64,000 nucleotides of DNA from Acidobacteriota bacterium. Its GTDB lineage: Bacteria > Acidobacteriota > UBA6911. Position 1 is the first letter of the stretch. Each line of letters begins with the position of its first letter. Below the pieces are notes generated by a model. That model did not search any database and was not told the origin of the DNA. It saw only the letters and a list, made by a program, of their open reading frames with translations. Position numbers and translations under genes: made by a program. This document shows positions 1-10,135 of this stretch, piece after piece. The stretch is taken from assembly GCA_963664705.1 (NCBI GenBank), contig OY761556.1, positions 4,128,001 to 4,192,000 of the forward strand, written 5' to 3'.

Positions 1-2
1 GT

Positions 3-545
3 CGTATTGTTGGGTGGGCCAATACGGGTGATGCGGGTGATGGCGGTAGTGGATATGGTGGTGCCATCTACATCAAGAGTAATGCATCGATCGCCAATTG
101 CACATTCTACGGCAATGACGTACAAACCGGTTCAACGGGTGGGACCAGGATGAATAAAAGCTCGGCAGTGGCTACGGGCAGCTCAATTTATTCCCCACGC
201 GCTGGAACAAACCGACTAACTGTTAAAAATACAATAATAGGCAACCGTTCTTCTGGTACCAACTGTGACGCTCCAATGGTTTCAAAAGGCTATAACATCG
301 ATTCAGATGGAACCTGTGCTCTGGATGGGCCAGGAGACTTATCAAAGACCGACCCTAAGCTGGAACCGTTGAAGCAAAATGGAGGAAATATTTTCATTCA
401 TGCACTGCTGCCATCCAGTCCTGCAATCGACGGAGGCAATCCTGCTGGCTGTTCAGATCAAAACGGTGCGCTTATCTCTACCGACGAACGCGGGCGGAGC
501 CGGTCGGGCAGGTGTGATATCGGTGCTTTTGAATATTCAAGATAA
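3..545 (+). CDS. 3' part of a secreted beta-helix protein with a choice-of-anchor Q-like C-terminal domain (5'-truncated by window edge)
   Basis: Frame is open from position 3 (…GGSGYGGAIY…NCTFYGN…). It ends in GYNIDSDGTC…DPKLEPL..NGG…HALLPSSPAIDGG…DERG..R…CDIGAFE, typical of this domain. Confidence 0.8.
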   Translation, partial: RIVGWANTGDAGDGGSGYGGAIYIKSNASIANCTFYGNDVQTGSTGGTRMNKSSAVATGSSIYSPRAGTNRLTVKNTIIGNRSSGTNCDAPMVSKGYNIDSDGTCALDGPGDLSKTDPKLEPLKQNGGNIFIHALLPSSPAIDGGNPAGCSDQNGALISTDERGRSRSGRCDIGAFEYSR

Positions 546-595
546 AACTGAGACGGAAAATCCCGCTTAAATGCAGCGTAGCAGTGGATTTTTAT

Positions 596-1744
596 TCATT
601 TCCTCGATCGCCTGTCGTATCGCAGGAGCCAGTCGTAGATTTCCTTGCCCGGGTAGACCTGCCAGTGGATCCAGTGGCCGAGATCCGGTTCGGCCGTGAA
701 TCTCAGGTTCCGGTTCCCTCCCCCAATCTTCCTGATGATTCGCTCTGTTTCTTCGAACGGAACGACAGTGTCCAACTTCCCATGGAAGGCCCACACTGGC
801 AGGTCGAGTAGTTTGTCGATGTTACTATCGATGTAATCGAGATGACTCGTGAATCCGCTGATCGGAGCGATGGCCGCGAATCTTCGCGGATACCGGGCGG
901 CGATGTACCAGGTGCCCGAACCGCCCAGGCTCGGCCCGGTCAGATAGACTCTGCCAGTGTCGATTCGGTATAGGGTGGTCGCTTCCTTGTAAAAGGTCTC
1001 GAACCAGTCATCGGTTGACCATCTGAGATGATCGGGACATTGCGGGGCGAGCATAATGAACGGGAACTCCCGCCCTCTGTATACCTGATCGGGGATCCCG
1101 GCCGAGTACAATTTGTTCAGATCGGTCCCCCTGTCCGAACCTCCGTGCAGGTAGATGACCAGCGGCCACTTCCTGACGCCATCCGCCTCGTACTCCTTTG
1201 GAAGGTATGATAGATATCGATAGCTGACGCGCCTTCGATGCTGGTTCATGCCGTGGCTGAATGTCGAATCGAACTGCAAGTCCCCCTTCTCGGACCAGTA
1301 TCTGACCCGACCGTGCAATTGTCCGTTGAGCCAGGGCTCCTCCGCTTCTTTCCGCCCGTTCTCATACCAAGCGGTGCTTGCACCGTTCAACCTGCCCCGC
1401 GCGAAACGGCCCTCGAATCTCATTTGGCCGTTCCGATACCATTCCGTGTACGGCCCTTCCTTGGTATTCGAGCGGTAGTTGCATTGATAATCCTCCTTCA
1501 CCCGTTTGTCGAAGGAGCTGTAGAAGGCATCCATCTGGATTTGTCCGTTCTCGAAGAAGTCCTGCACGTGGGACAGATGCTTCTGGTCGTCGCAATGGAT
1601 GGCTCGCGTGTAGACGATCGTCACGCGATTCGAGACCGCCTCGCGTAACACGTAGGTTTCAGGTACCTGGGCTTGCACCCCAAGGCAGAACAGCACGGAG
1701 AGAATGGCGACAGTTCGTTTCATGGCAACCAGGAATTTCACCAT
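596..1744 (-). CDS. Secreted MORN-variant repeat + alpha/beta hydrolase (esterase/peptidase-like) fusion
   Basis: Signal peptide; repeats WYRNGQ/WYENGR/YWSEKG; then PLVIYLHGG, nucleophile motif GPSLGG, FHGKLDTVVP and GHW. Confidence 0.8.
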   Translation of the reverse strand: MVKFLVAMKRTVAILSVLFCLGVQAQVPETYVLREAVSNRVTIVYTRAIHCDDQKHLSHVQDFFENGQIQMDAFYSSFDKRVKEDYQCNYRSNTKEGPYTEWYRNGQMRFEGRFARGRLNGASTAWYENGRKEAEEPWLNGQLHGRVRYWSEKGDLQFDSTFSHGMNQHRRRVSYRYLSYLPKEYEADGVRKWPLVIYLHGGSDRGTDLNKLYSAGIPDQVYRGREFPFIMLAPQCPDHLRWSTDDWFETFYKEATTLYRIDTGRVYLTGPSLGGSGTWYIAARYPRRFAAIAPISGFTSHLDYIDSNIDKLLDLPVWAFHGKLDTVVPFEETERIIRKIGGGNRNLRFTAEPDLGHWIHWQVYPGKEIYDWLLRYDRRSRK

Positions 1745-1943
1745 ATTGCCTCAGCCGGAGCGGTTGTCGTGCTTTCTATGCGACGCTATGACACCATTAT
1801 CTACAGATGCTCGCCCGGCTGCTATGTACAAATACCTTGAGTCCCTCGAAGTCGCGATGGAATTATCCTGTAGCGTTTGCGGAGATAATGCCGAAATATC
1901 AATCAGCAAAATAAGGTCAGAATGGAACACTTCCTGTGTAGCC

Positions 1944-2489
1944 TTACCAATTATTCAACTCGCTCCGCTGCATCTGTTTCGTATCCTCAGGATGGAAGAG
2001 ATTGATAGCCAAAAAAGACGCAATCCTTGCCGAGTCGGCATCGATTTCGTATCGGCAGGCTTCCTCGAAACCAAAAAAGCTTCCGGAAGGCAGTATTGGC
2101 AGGGTTTTGGAGTTAATGCCGGATGGTTGGAGTTCACAATCCAAAATCGGCAGCGCGCGATTGAAAACCACGGCAGTCTCGTAACGCGGCGGCTTGTTTG
2201 AGGCGGAAATAGTGGAGCGTAGAACGAAGCCGGAAAGTGGTATGTCTTGCTCCGCGATTCTAAAATGAAGAGAAATTGTTGTGCCGGACGCAATCCGGGC
2301 CCTGGTCCGCAGCAGCGCTCCTCCCCGAGATATATTAACCAGGGAAGTCTCAAACCCGGAGCCCGAGACAACGTTCATGTGCGAAGACTTATCCGCTACC
2401 GTAAAGCGCGGCCATTGCCTTGTGCCCGGCCCAGCGAACAACCTTATCTTGTTTGCAGTGATGGCCGACGGCAAGGCATAAAAATTCAT
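1944..2489 (-). CDS. PilZ-domain protein (start uncertain)
   Basis: RQWPR and NISRGG match the PilZ RxxxR and (D/N)xSxxG c-di-GMP-binding motifs. Confidence 0.7.
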   Translation of the reverse strand: MNFYALPSAITANKIRLFAGPGTRQWPRFTVADKSSHMNVVSGSGFETSLVNISRGGALLRTRARIASGTTISLHFRIAEQDIPLSGFVLRSTISASNKPPRYETAVVFNRALPILDCELQPSGINSKTLPILPSGSFFGFEEACRYEIDADSARIASFLAINLFHPEDTKQMQRSELNNW

Positions 2490-3036
2490 TTTAAAAGCCC
2501 CCCTAAAACAATTGTGGACCAGACCCAATCCTAAAACTTGTGATGATCGTCACGGTGTCGGCAGCTGCCGCTATTTGCTTCAATGCTTCTTGCTCTGCAA
2601 CTTCCAACCTGCGTTAGTTATCTCCGGACAGGCCTGTAGCTCAGGTGGACATGGGACGCAGAGAATCGACACATGCCAGCCTGGATTCACGATATGGGTA
2701 AGATGCTCCATTAATTTGGGGGTTAATAGCACAGGCCTGTTAACAAGACTTGCAGCGGGTTGGTCGACTTTTTACGGAGGATGCCAGGCAGGAAAAAGGG
2801 AGCTTCGCTTCAGGCGAATCTAGAACCAATGAGAGTAGGTGGATCCAGCAAAGAGCGCAAAGATACTTCAACTGAACGGACAGAGATACAAACAGCCTTA
2901 CCCGGGGCGGAAATTCGGTTTGTTGGCGCACAACAGCCTTGACGCCCCGGGTGTCTATTTGGGTAAACTTGGCCGGTATGAAGGCATTGTCAACCGCAGG
3001 TGCCCATGAATGAAAGGCTCGCTGCAAAAGGCCGGA

Positions 3037-3945
3037 CTAAGATGCGAGTTTTCGTATCTCGTCCTGCCGCACTCGGTCTGAATCGAGCCCTCTCCAGAAA
3101 GTCAGGACCCCATTGAGCATTTCTACCCCGCCTTGGATGAACTTCTCCGTGTCAATATCCGAGTGGCTGAAAAATTCACCTTCGAGTTCCTCCCAGGTGT
3201 GTTTGGCATGCTGGTCTTCAACCATATCGTGCCAGGTAAAAAAGCCGAGGGGCAGGCCGGGGCATTCGCGAGCTTTAAATATGCGCAACCCGCCGATCAG
3301 TTCTTTCCAGAATCCTGCAGCGGCCCAATTTTCAACTGCAAAGCTGGCGCCCGTCGCTGTGCTGGCATCCTCAGAGGCATAGATTCTTGCCAGTTCATCG
3401 CAGAAAAAGAGTGTGCTTTTCGATCCGTGCTTTCGCTTCCCGACATCTTTGAATTGCAGACCCAGGTGAGTGGTTGTGTGTAGAAGCCACTCGAAATGAG
3501 CCGCAGCAAAGTAAAAAGTAGATCCGTCCACCGTACCTTCAAATTCGGATGGTTCTGCCTTATGCTGCCCAGAGGCATTGCGATCCGAGGATTTCCTTTC
3601 GGGATTGTGAAAGGAAACTCCCAATTCGTTCATTAATATTTCCTTTGAGGCGTGCATCGCCTCCAGGGTAGGCGCATTGATGGTTTTCAGCAATTGCGCC
3701 ACAATGAAAAAATTGGAAAAAACGGAGAATTGCGTCAGGAAATGACAAAGGTCTTTTCTCTCGAATTCTCCCTTTTCGAACCAATGAGTGTATTGGTTGT
3801 TCACGATTACTTCGTGCGGCAGAATGTCCCGTTCGATACGTTCGACGAGACTGCAATACTTTTCAACGCTATCCTGTGGATAGGAGGTCGCCTGAAGGCG
3901 GGCGCGAGTTTCCTGCGCGCGCCGGCTTGCATAATCCGAAGCCAT
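3037..3945 (-). CDS. Heme-oxygenase-like (PqqC/CADD/TenA fold) putative di-iron oxidase
   Basis: NNQYTHWF…FLTQFSVF…NELG…AHFEW…FAVEN…FFTWHDMVEDQH: E/H ligand spacing typical of this superfamily. Confidence 0.65.
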   Translation of the reverse strand: MASDYASRRAQETRARLQATSYPQDSVEKYCSLVERIERDILPHEVIVNNQYTHWFEKGEFERKDLCHFLTQFSVFSNFFIVAQLLKTINAPTLEAMHASKEILMNELGVSFHNPERKSSDRNASGQHKAEPSEFEGTVDGSTFYFAAAHFEWLLHTTTHLGLQFKDVGKRKHGSKSTLFFCDELARIYASEDASTATGASFAVENWAAAGFWKELIGGLRIFKARECPGLPLGFFTWHDMVEDQHAKHTWEELEGEFFSHSDIDTEKFIQGGVEMLNGVLTFWRGLDSDRVRQDEIRKLAS

Positions 3946-4101
3946 ACCTGCTTCCCCTTTTTGTTTCTGATTTCCTGTCTTTCCAAAATCTGTCCATCGA
4001 GGTACTACCTGAAATAAGGATGCTCTCCCGCCATCCCATTTTTCAATATCTGGCGGTGAGATCGCTCCGGGATGGCATCTTGAAAAGCCCGATTTGTTTG
4101 G

Positions 4102-4152
4102 TGGTGCCGGGGGGGTGGAATTGAACCGTCGACATGCGGATCTTCATTCCGT
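4102..4152 (-). repeat. Degenerate duplicate of the 3' two-thirds of tRNA-Phe (att-like scar)
   Basis: tggtgccgggggggtggaattgaaccgtcgacatgcggatcttcattccgt aligns to 5829-5878 with a few substitutions, same orientation. Confidence 0.85.
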
Positions 4153-4529
4153 ACAAGGCGCGTTTCACTAATCTGCATAGGCATTGAGGATGCACCCGCA
4201 CGAATACCGGGGAGGCGAGAAGCCTTCCTTCCCTCCATCCTGTTCATGAAGTGTCATCATCTCCGCGCAGTTACCCACCATTTACCCACAGCCCGCGGCG
4301 CGCTCGATTTGAGGACAGGAGTCCCATTTCGGGCTACCCCAGCATCGCCCCTGCACCCTCGATCAAAGCGCATGTGACCCGCTGGCGGAATCGGGACAAA
4401 AACAGACAATTTCGTCAAGATACCAGTTCTCGAAAGCCGTTGGTTCTAATCAAAAGGTTTATTGAATACCACGATGCAATATCCTATAATTTCAATATTC
4501 ACGTCACCAAAGATAGAAGGGACACTTAT

Positions 4530-5462
4530 ATGAAACTCCTCCGCCTCGTCACGCTTAGTGCGTTTTGTGGCTTTGCCACTTTAAGCATCATCGGATTTAC
4601 TGCACAGGCGCAAACACCCGAAATGTTGGTGGATTTCAGTGCAGACCAAGACGTAAATGCCGTAAATAGCATAGTCACTAAATGGGGAGACCAAACCACA
4701 AACCATTATGACGCGACACCAATCACCGCCAACGGCCCTACGCTCACGACGGCGGTTATCAACGGTAGGAATCGCCCGGTACTTCAATTCGACGGGACCA
4801 ACGTGTTGGTTGCTCTTCCGCATGTTCCACCGACAGGGACGCTCTTTATTGTGCTTAGCAATACGGCCCCTGATGGGAGTGACACCCGCGTAATTGGATG
4901 GGAAGGTTCATGCAATGGCACGCACGGGATTGGAATGTCTGCCAATTACAGATATCAAGGACTCATCGCTATCGCAAGAAATAGCAATGCATCGGGGGAC
5001 ATATCCATATCACCTGGCATTAGTGATGTGGAGGTTGTCACGATGAGTTGGGGTATTGAAGGCGTTACGTTAGAGCGGAGGCTGGTCGATGGTCAGGTTG
5101 TCAGCGCTCCGTCCAACACGAACATCAACTCCGTTAGCGACGGCGGATTTGCGCTTCATATTGGTGGTCCAGGCGATTACCCAGCTTGTCTTTCTCAGCC
5201 TTTTACGGGAAATCTTGCCGCCATACGAGTGTATAACGGGCAGCTTAACGCTTCCGAACGCGCTGCAGTGGCGAGCACTCTTTACAGTTACTGGATAGGT
5301 TTGAGGTTTGCGGGAACGCCAGGACAGCCAGACTGTCGTGGGAAGAGCATTTCGGCATTACCCGCACAAGTTCAGCAGGGAGTCCATAAAGCCGCTGCAG
5401 CTCTGGGGTTCGCAAGCGTAAAAGAATTGAAGGATGCCATTATCGCATACTGCAAGGACTAA
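4530..5462 (+). CDS. Secreted concanavalin-A/LamG-like beta-sandwich protein with a small helical C-terminal domain
   Basis: Signal peptide MKLLRL…AQA after AGGGA RBS; W.DQ…NGRNRPVLQFDG…FTGNLAAIRVYNGQL pattern. Confidence 0.65.
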   Translation: MKLLRLVTLSAFCGFATLSIIGFTAQAQTPEMLVDFSADQDVNAVNSIVTKWGDQTTNHYDATPITANGPTLTTAVINGRNRPVLQFDGTNVLVALPHVPPTGTLFIVLSNTAPDGSDTRVIGWEGSCNGTHGIGMSANYRYQGLIAIARNSNASGDISISPGISDVEVVTMSWGIEGVTLERRLVDGQVVSAPSNTNINSVSDGGFALHIGGPGDYPACLSQPFTGNLAAIRVYNGQLNASERAAVASTLYSYWIGLRFAGTPGQPDCRGKSISALPAQVQQGVHKAAAALGFASVKELKDAIIAYCKD

Positions 5463-5741
5463 GATCGGCCTCAGTGCTATTTAACATTCGCGGGGCAGGA
5501 ATGTATCGTCTTCTCTGCCGCAACGGACATGGATGCCGGGGATTCACGCCTCTCTGCTTACGTTCGCTTTAATCCGTTGGAAGTGATTCCGTGACAACTT
5601 GTACAAGAACTGTTGCGGTTTCGTGATCATCGGAAAAGAGCAAATCGATGCCGGGAAAAATTCCATTTTGAGGCGAAGCGGTTGACTGAAGGAAAAGAAA
5701 TTCTGCGCGCAAAGATCGATCGTCAGGAGAAACAGCATAGT

Positions 5742-5761
5742 TACCCACAATGTACCCACAA
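5742..5761. repeat. Tandem 9-bp direct repeat TACCCACAA, candidate integrase arm-type site
   Basis: TACCCACAA-TG-TACCCACAA about 70 bp downstream of the tRNA-Phe 3' end. Confidence 0.45.
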
Positions 5762-5828
5762 GGCATCATGCGACAACCTGAGACCAGGAAAATGGAATTT
5801 GTAAGTGGAAGGAAATCAGGGAGTTGTG

Positions 5829-5904
<76 letters not shown>

Positions 5905-6008
5905 ATTTGCGGAACAACTGCAAAGAGGAAGTTTTATACCATTGACGAGAGAAAAAATCTACCCAGATATTGAAATATCTTTTGACTCCCGTAAATCCCC
6001 GGGCTTCA

Positions 6009-6920
6009 TCACTTCCGGGATTCCGGTCCCGCCGCCCGAAAGCGATCCGGATAAGCCGCGACGAGCATTGGCGGCACGTCCGGCGCCCGCCCGTCCAGCT
6101 CTTCCAGTATTTCCATGGCATTTACCAGCGCCTGGCCGCGAAAGTGATTGTTCGTGACGGCGTAGGTTTCCTCCGTCCCCTGCTGCACCTTTTTTATCTG
6201 CGCTGCCAGCTGCTTCACTTCCTGCTTCGTATACAGATAGTCATAGCGGGCATCCCGTCCGGCATCCTCCTTGAACCAGTTCCCGTAATTGCGCCCGTGC
6301 AGCCGAAAATATCCCAGCCGCGCGGTGACCCTGGCATCGGGACGCAGCGAATCGCCGATTACCGGCTGATCCACATTGCAAAAAGCAACACCCCGTTCGC
6401 GCAGGAACTCGTAAAAGGATTCCTTGTCCCAGCTCCCGTGCCGCACTTCCAGTACCAGCGGAAAATCGGGCAGCAGCCGAAACAGCCGGTCCAGGTATTC
6501 CTCCTGCTCCGGAGCATGGCGAAAACGCCAGGGAAACTGAATCAGCAGCGCGCCCAACACTCCCGCTGCCACCAGCGGATCCATCGACCGACGCACCTCC
6601 TCGCAATCCGCTTTCAGCGCCGACTCCTCCCCGGCTCTGTTTTCGTGCGAGATCCTGTTCCATGCCTTCGCGGTGAATCTGAACGCCGGATTGTTCTTCA
6701 CACGTCGTGCCCAGGATGCCGTGTCCCTGGGACGCGGCGGCGCATAAAATGAACTGTTGATCTCGATGGTATCGCAATACTCGGAAAGGAATGCAAGCGG
6801 ATCCAAGGACTTGGTCCCGGGATAGACGATCCCCTCCCAATCCCTGTAATTCCACCCCGCGGGTCCTACACGCAGGCTGGAGTTTCTCCTGGCCGATTGG
6901 AACAATGAGCCCTGGAACAT
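6009..6920 (-). CDS. DUF72 domain protein
   Basis: VGPAGWNY.DW.G..YP, TIEINSSFY, LLIQFP, LEVRH.SW, YFRLHGRN, RYDYLY, NNH. Confidence 0.9.
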   Translation of the reverse strand: MFQGSLFQSARRNSSLRVGPAGWNYRDWEGIVYPGTKSLDPLAFLSEYCDTIEINSSFYAPPRPRDTASWARRVKNNPAFRFTAKAWNRISHENRAGEESALKADCEEVRRSMDPLVAAGVLGALLIQFPWRFRHAPEQEEYLDRLFRLLPDFPLVLEVRHGSWDKESFYEFLRERGVAFCNVDQPVIGDSLRPDARVTARLGYFRLHGRNYGNWFKEDAGRDARYDYLYTKQEVKQLAAQIKKVQQGTEETYAVTNNHFRGQALVNAMEILEELDGRAPDVPPMLVAAYPDRFRAAGPESRK

Positions 6921-6935
6921 AGTATGAAATTCCGG

Positions 6936-7721
6936 CTACGCCGGCATCACGCCGATCGGCGCTCCCGGCTTCAGGTCCAGTGCGGATGCGGCGGATCCAT
7001 TTTTCACACAGATTTCCAGATAGCCGCACGACCCTGGAACAACAAACGCTTCCCCGGGCGCCCCTTCCGCGAATGTCCCGCGGAAGTTCGCCACTTCCCT
7101 CTGCCCGGTCAAAATTATCTTTGATTTGGGCGGCACATCCTCCGGCCGCAGATTCGTGACCGCATTCCCGAACTGGTCGATCATCAGGATGGCGCCCTGG
7201 ATCACGCCTTCGCGCACCTTCTTGACCGCGGGAATCTTCAGTCGCACCGGATCCTCTATGCGCGGGCCGATTTGCTCCAGCGGAATGCCTCGGCTGATCC
7301 ATGCCGCAATAGGAGCAAAAATATCCCGGCCATGGAAGGTGTTGGCTACAGGCTTCCGAAAATAGTGGTCCGCCGTGATTTCGCAGGCGGTAAAATCCTC
7401 CTGACTGTCCATGACATAACTCAGGATTCCATTGTCCGGGGCCACGAAAAAATGACCGCCCGCGGTGGCAACCAGCGCTCTCCGCGCAGTCCCCACCCCC
7501 GGATCCACGACCGCAAGATGAACCGTCTTTGGGGGAAAGAGAGACCAGACCTGTCCCAACCGGAATGCTCCGCCAAAAACATCCTGCGGCGGAATCATAT
7601 GGCTGATGTCCACGAAGGCAAGGCCCGGATTCAGACCAAGCATGACTCCTTTCATTGCCGCCACAAAATGGTCCCGCAATCCGAAATCCGTCAACAACGT
7701 CACGATCCCCGAAGTCGTCAT
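6936..7721 (-). CDS. SAM hydrolase / SAM-dependent halogenase family (DUF62)
   Basis: TLLTDFG, VVDPGVGT.RR, APDNG, TFHGRDIF, IDQFGN. Confidence 0.92.
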   Translation of the reverse strand: MTTSGIVTLLTDFGLRDHFVAAMKGVMLGLNPGLAFVDISHMIPPQDVFGGAFRLGQVWSLFPPKTVHLAVVDPGVGTARRALVATAGGHFFVAPDNGILSYVMDSQEDFTACEITADHYFRKPVANTFHGRDIFAPIAAWISRGIPLEQIGPRIEDPVRLKIPAVKKVREGVIQGAILMIDQFGNAVTNLRPEDVPPKSKIILTGQREVANFRGTFAEGAPGEAFVVPGSCGYLEICVKNGSAASALDLKPGAPIGVMPA

Positions 7722-7829
7722 AGATCCCCCAGTTATTCTTCCGTCATCAGCCAGCCTTCGCGATAGACAGATCTTGTTCCTATCGACTGGCTACTGGCGG
7801 CTGACGACTGATATGATATTCTAAACGGC

Positions 7830-8987
7830 ATGAAACAGAGAATTTATCTTGATAATAGCGCCACGACCCGAGTAGACGAATCGGTCATCGAAGCCATGCT
7901 GCCCTGTTTCAGGGAAACTTTTGGAAATGCCAGCTCCGTTCATCTCTTCGGCCAGGAAGCCCGGGGCATCATCGAAAATGCCCGGCGCTCCGTCGCCGAT
8001 CTCATCGGCGCCGACACGCGCGAAATCGTATTCACATCCGGAGGAACGGAATCGGACAACTCTGCCCTGTGGGGAATTTTCCGAAGCGCGCGCCGCCCCA
8101 GCAATCATATTATAACCACCAAAATCGAGCATCCCGCGGTCCTGACCACGTGCCGAACCATGGAAGCCGCCGGCGCAGAGGTTACCTATGTGCCGGTCGA
8201 TTCCTCCGGCCGCGTCGATCCTGGAGAAATCGAAAAAGCGGTCCGTGAAACCACGCTGCTCATCTCTGTCATGCATGCGAATAATGAAACGGGAGTGATT
8301 CAGCCGATCGAGGAGATCAGCCGGATTGCCCGCCAACACGGCATTCCGCTGCACACGGACGCGGTCCAGTCCGTGGGCAAAATTCCCGTGGATGTAAACA
8401 CTCTCGGCGTGGACCTGCTGTCGCTTTCCGGCCACAAAATTCACGGCCCCAAGGGAATCGGTGTCCTGTATATCCGGAAGGGGACCAAAATTTCTCCATT
8501 CATGACCGGAGGTTCTCACGAAAGAAAACGCCGCGCCGGAACTGAAAACGTTCCGGGCATCGCAGGCCTGGGCACGGCCGCCCGTCTTGCGCGGGAGCGC
8601 CTGCCGGAGATGCAGACACGCGTGGCGGCCCTGCGCGATCATCTCGAAAAGATCGCTACGGAAAAGATCTCCGGCGCACGCATCAACGGCCTGGAACCGC
8701 GGCTGCCCAACATTTTGAACATCTCTTTTGAGAGGCTTGAAGGCGAAGCCGCTGTCATTGCGCTGGATCTGGAAGGCATCGCGGTATCCACGGGATCCGC
8801 CTGCTCCGCGGGATCCGTGGATCCATCCCATGTGCTGATGGCAATGGGACTGCGCCCCGAGGTCGTCCAGAGTTCCCTGCGCTTCAGCCTCTGTTTCTAT
8901 AACACGGTGGAGGAAGTCGATAAAGCCGTCCAGACACTGGAGGCCATTATCCAGAGACTGCGAAAGCTCTCGAGGCACACAATCTGA
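7830..8987 (+). CDS. iscS: Cysteine desulfurase (IscS/NifS family)
   Basis: YLDNSATT, FTSGGTESDN, HTDAVQ, SGHKIHGPKG (PLP lysine), STGSACS (catalytic Cys). Confidence 0.92.
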   Translation: MKQRIYLDNSATTRVDESVIEAMLPCFRETFGNASSVHLFGQEARGIIENARRSVADLIGADTREIVFTSGGTESDNSALWGIFRSARRPSNHIITTKIEHPAVLTTCRTMEAAGAEVTYVPVDSSGRVDPGEIEKAVRETTLLISVMHANNETGVIQPIEEISRIARQHGIPLHTDAVQSVGKIPVDVNTLGVDLLSLSGHKIHGPKGIGVLYIRKGTKISPFMTGGSHERKRRAGTENVPGIAGLGTAARLARERLPEMQTRVAALRDHLEKIATEKISGARINGLEPRLPNILNISFERLEGEAAVIALDLEGIAVSTGSACSAGSVDPSHVLMAMGLRPEVVQSSLRFSLCFYNTVEEVDKAVQTLEAIIQRLRKLSRHTI

Positions 8988-9051
8988 TCGGGATCGGCCG
9001 TTGAAATGGCGGCTTCCCGGCCTTGCTCATAAACAGGCTTCTGCGAGGACC

Positions 9052-10014
9052 ATGAACGACAGCGCACGCAAATCCGATTTGAGTCTTGCACGCACCCTCA
9101 TCCTCGATGAGCTGTTCGACCTCTCCCTGTACCGCAAGCTCCACTCGATCTGCGATGCAGAGTTGCAGAAGGTGCTCGAAGAACTGATAGCGGTCGAAGT
9201 CCGGCATTTCGCTTTTTGGCAACACTTCTTCAAGCTGCAACTCCCGAACCTCGGATTGTTCCGTCGGCTCAAGTTCTGGTTCATCGTCCTGGTCTGCCGG
9301 ATTTTCGGCGCACCCGCCATCGATCTTGTGCTGGAAGCCATCGAAGTCTTCGGCGTCCGGAAATACCTGGATGTCTGGGAGCGATACAAAGATGAACCGC
9401 TGGGACAGGCCGTGCGCGGGGTTCTGCAAGACGAATTCGGCCACGAAGACATGGTCGTCACGCGCGTCAAGGAGAGGATCATCAACCCGGATCGTGTCCG
9501 GAACATCTTCCTCGGAGTAAACGATGGCATGGTCGAGATTCTTGGCGCGGTCAGCGGCTTTTTCGCCAGCTTTGGGCAGAACTCGCTGGTGCTGGTAGCC
9601 GGGCTGACTACCGCCGTTGCCGGCGCCATCTCGATGGGAGCGGGCGCCTATGTCGCGCTGAGCTCAGAAGAGGAAGTTCGAAAAACACAGGATGAGAAGG
9701 CGAAGTTCATGGGAGAAACGGGCAACTCCTATCGCCGCGAGTCCGTATTCAAATCGGGCATCATCGTCGGCATCAGCTATTTCATCGGATCCTCCTTCCC
9801 CATGATGCCGGTTCTCTTCGGAGCCAAGACCGCGCTCCCGTCCGTTATTTGCGGAGGAAGCATGATCCTGCTGGTCTCGATCACCCTCGCGTTCCTCTCC
9901 GGCATGGATATCCGCAAACGAACGCTGACCAACCTGATCCTGATCGCACTCGCCGTCGGCATCACCTATCTGATCGGCATTTCCGTCCGATCACTCCTTG
10001 GCATCCGGATTTAG
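9052..10014 (+). CDS. Ferritin/rubrerythrin-like domain + VIT1/CCC1 iron transporter
   Basis: N-terminal ExxH motifs (EVRH, EFGH); C-terminal LGVNDGMVE…AGAISMGAGAY. Confidence 0.85.
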   Translation: MNDSARKSDLSLARTLILDELFDLSLYRKLHSICDAELQKVLEELIAVEVRHFAFWQHFFKLQLPNLGLFRRLKFWFIVLVCRIFGAPAIDLVLEAIEVFGVRKYLDVWERYKDEPLGQAVRGVLQDEFGHEDMVVTRVKERIINPDRVRNIFLGVNDGMVEILGAVSGFFASFGQNSLVLVAGLTTAVAGAISMGAGAYVALSSEEEVRKTQDEKAKFMGETGNSYRRESVFKSGIIVGISYFIGSSFPMMPVLFGAKTALPSVICGGSMILLVSITLAFLSGMDIRKRTLTNLILIALAVGITYLIGISVRSLLGIRI

Positions 10015-10135
10015 GATAATTTTCCAGTGATCTTCGTGAAATCCGCGGCCTGCATTGCTTTTTTGCTCTGAATTTCTTTAGCCACACGAACTTGGTTCAC
10101 TTTTGAGGGCCTATTCTGCTACCCTGTGTAAGTAT

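Noticed and set aside
4102-4152. Second functional tRNA-Phe
   Set aside because: Lacks the 5' acceptor strand and D-arm and has substitutions in the anticodon arm.
5544-5804. Integrase remnant next to tRNA-Phe
   Set aside because: The short ORFs show no tyrosine-recombinase motif that I can recognise.
6936-7721. Fluorinase/chlorinase of a halometabolite pathway
   Set aside because: Housekeeping context and the TFHGRD motif fit the common DUF62 SAM hydrolase.
7821-8978. Long antisense ORFs (also 23500-24822, 36335-38641, 50373-52667, 6241-7302)
   Set aside because: Shadow frames of well-supported genes in GC-rich DNA with no recognisable motifs.
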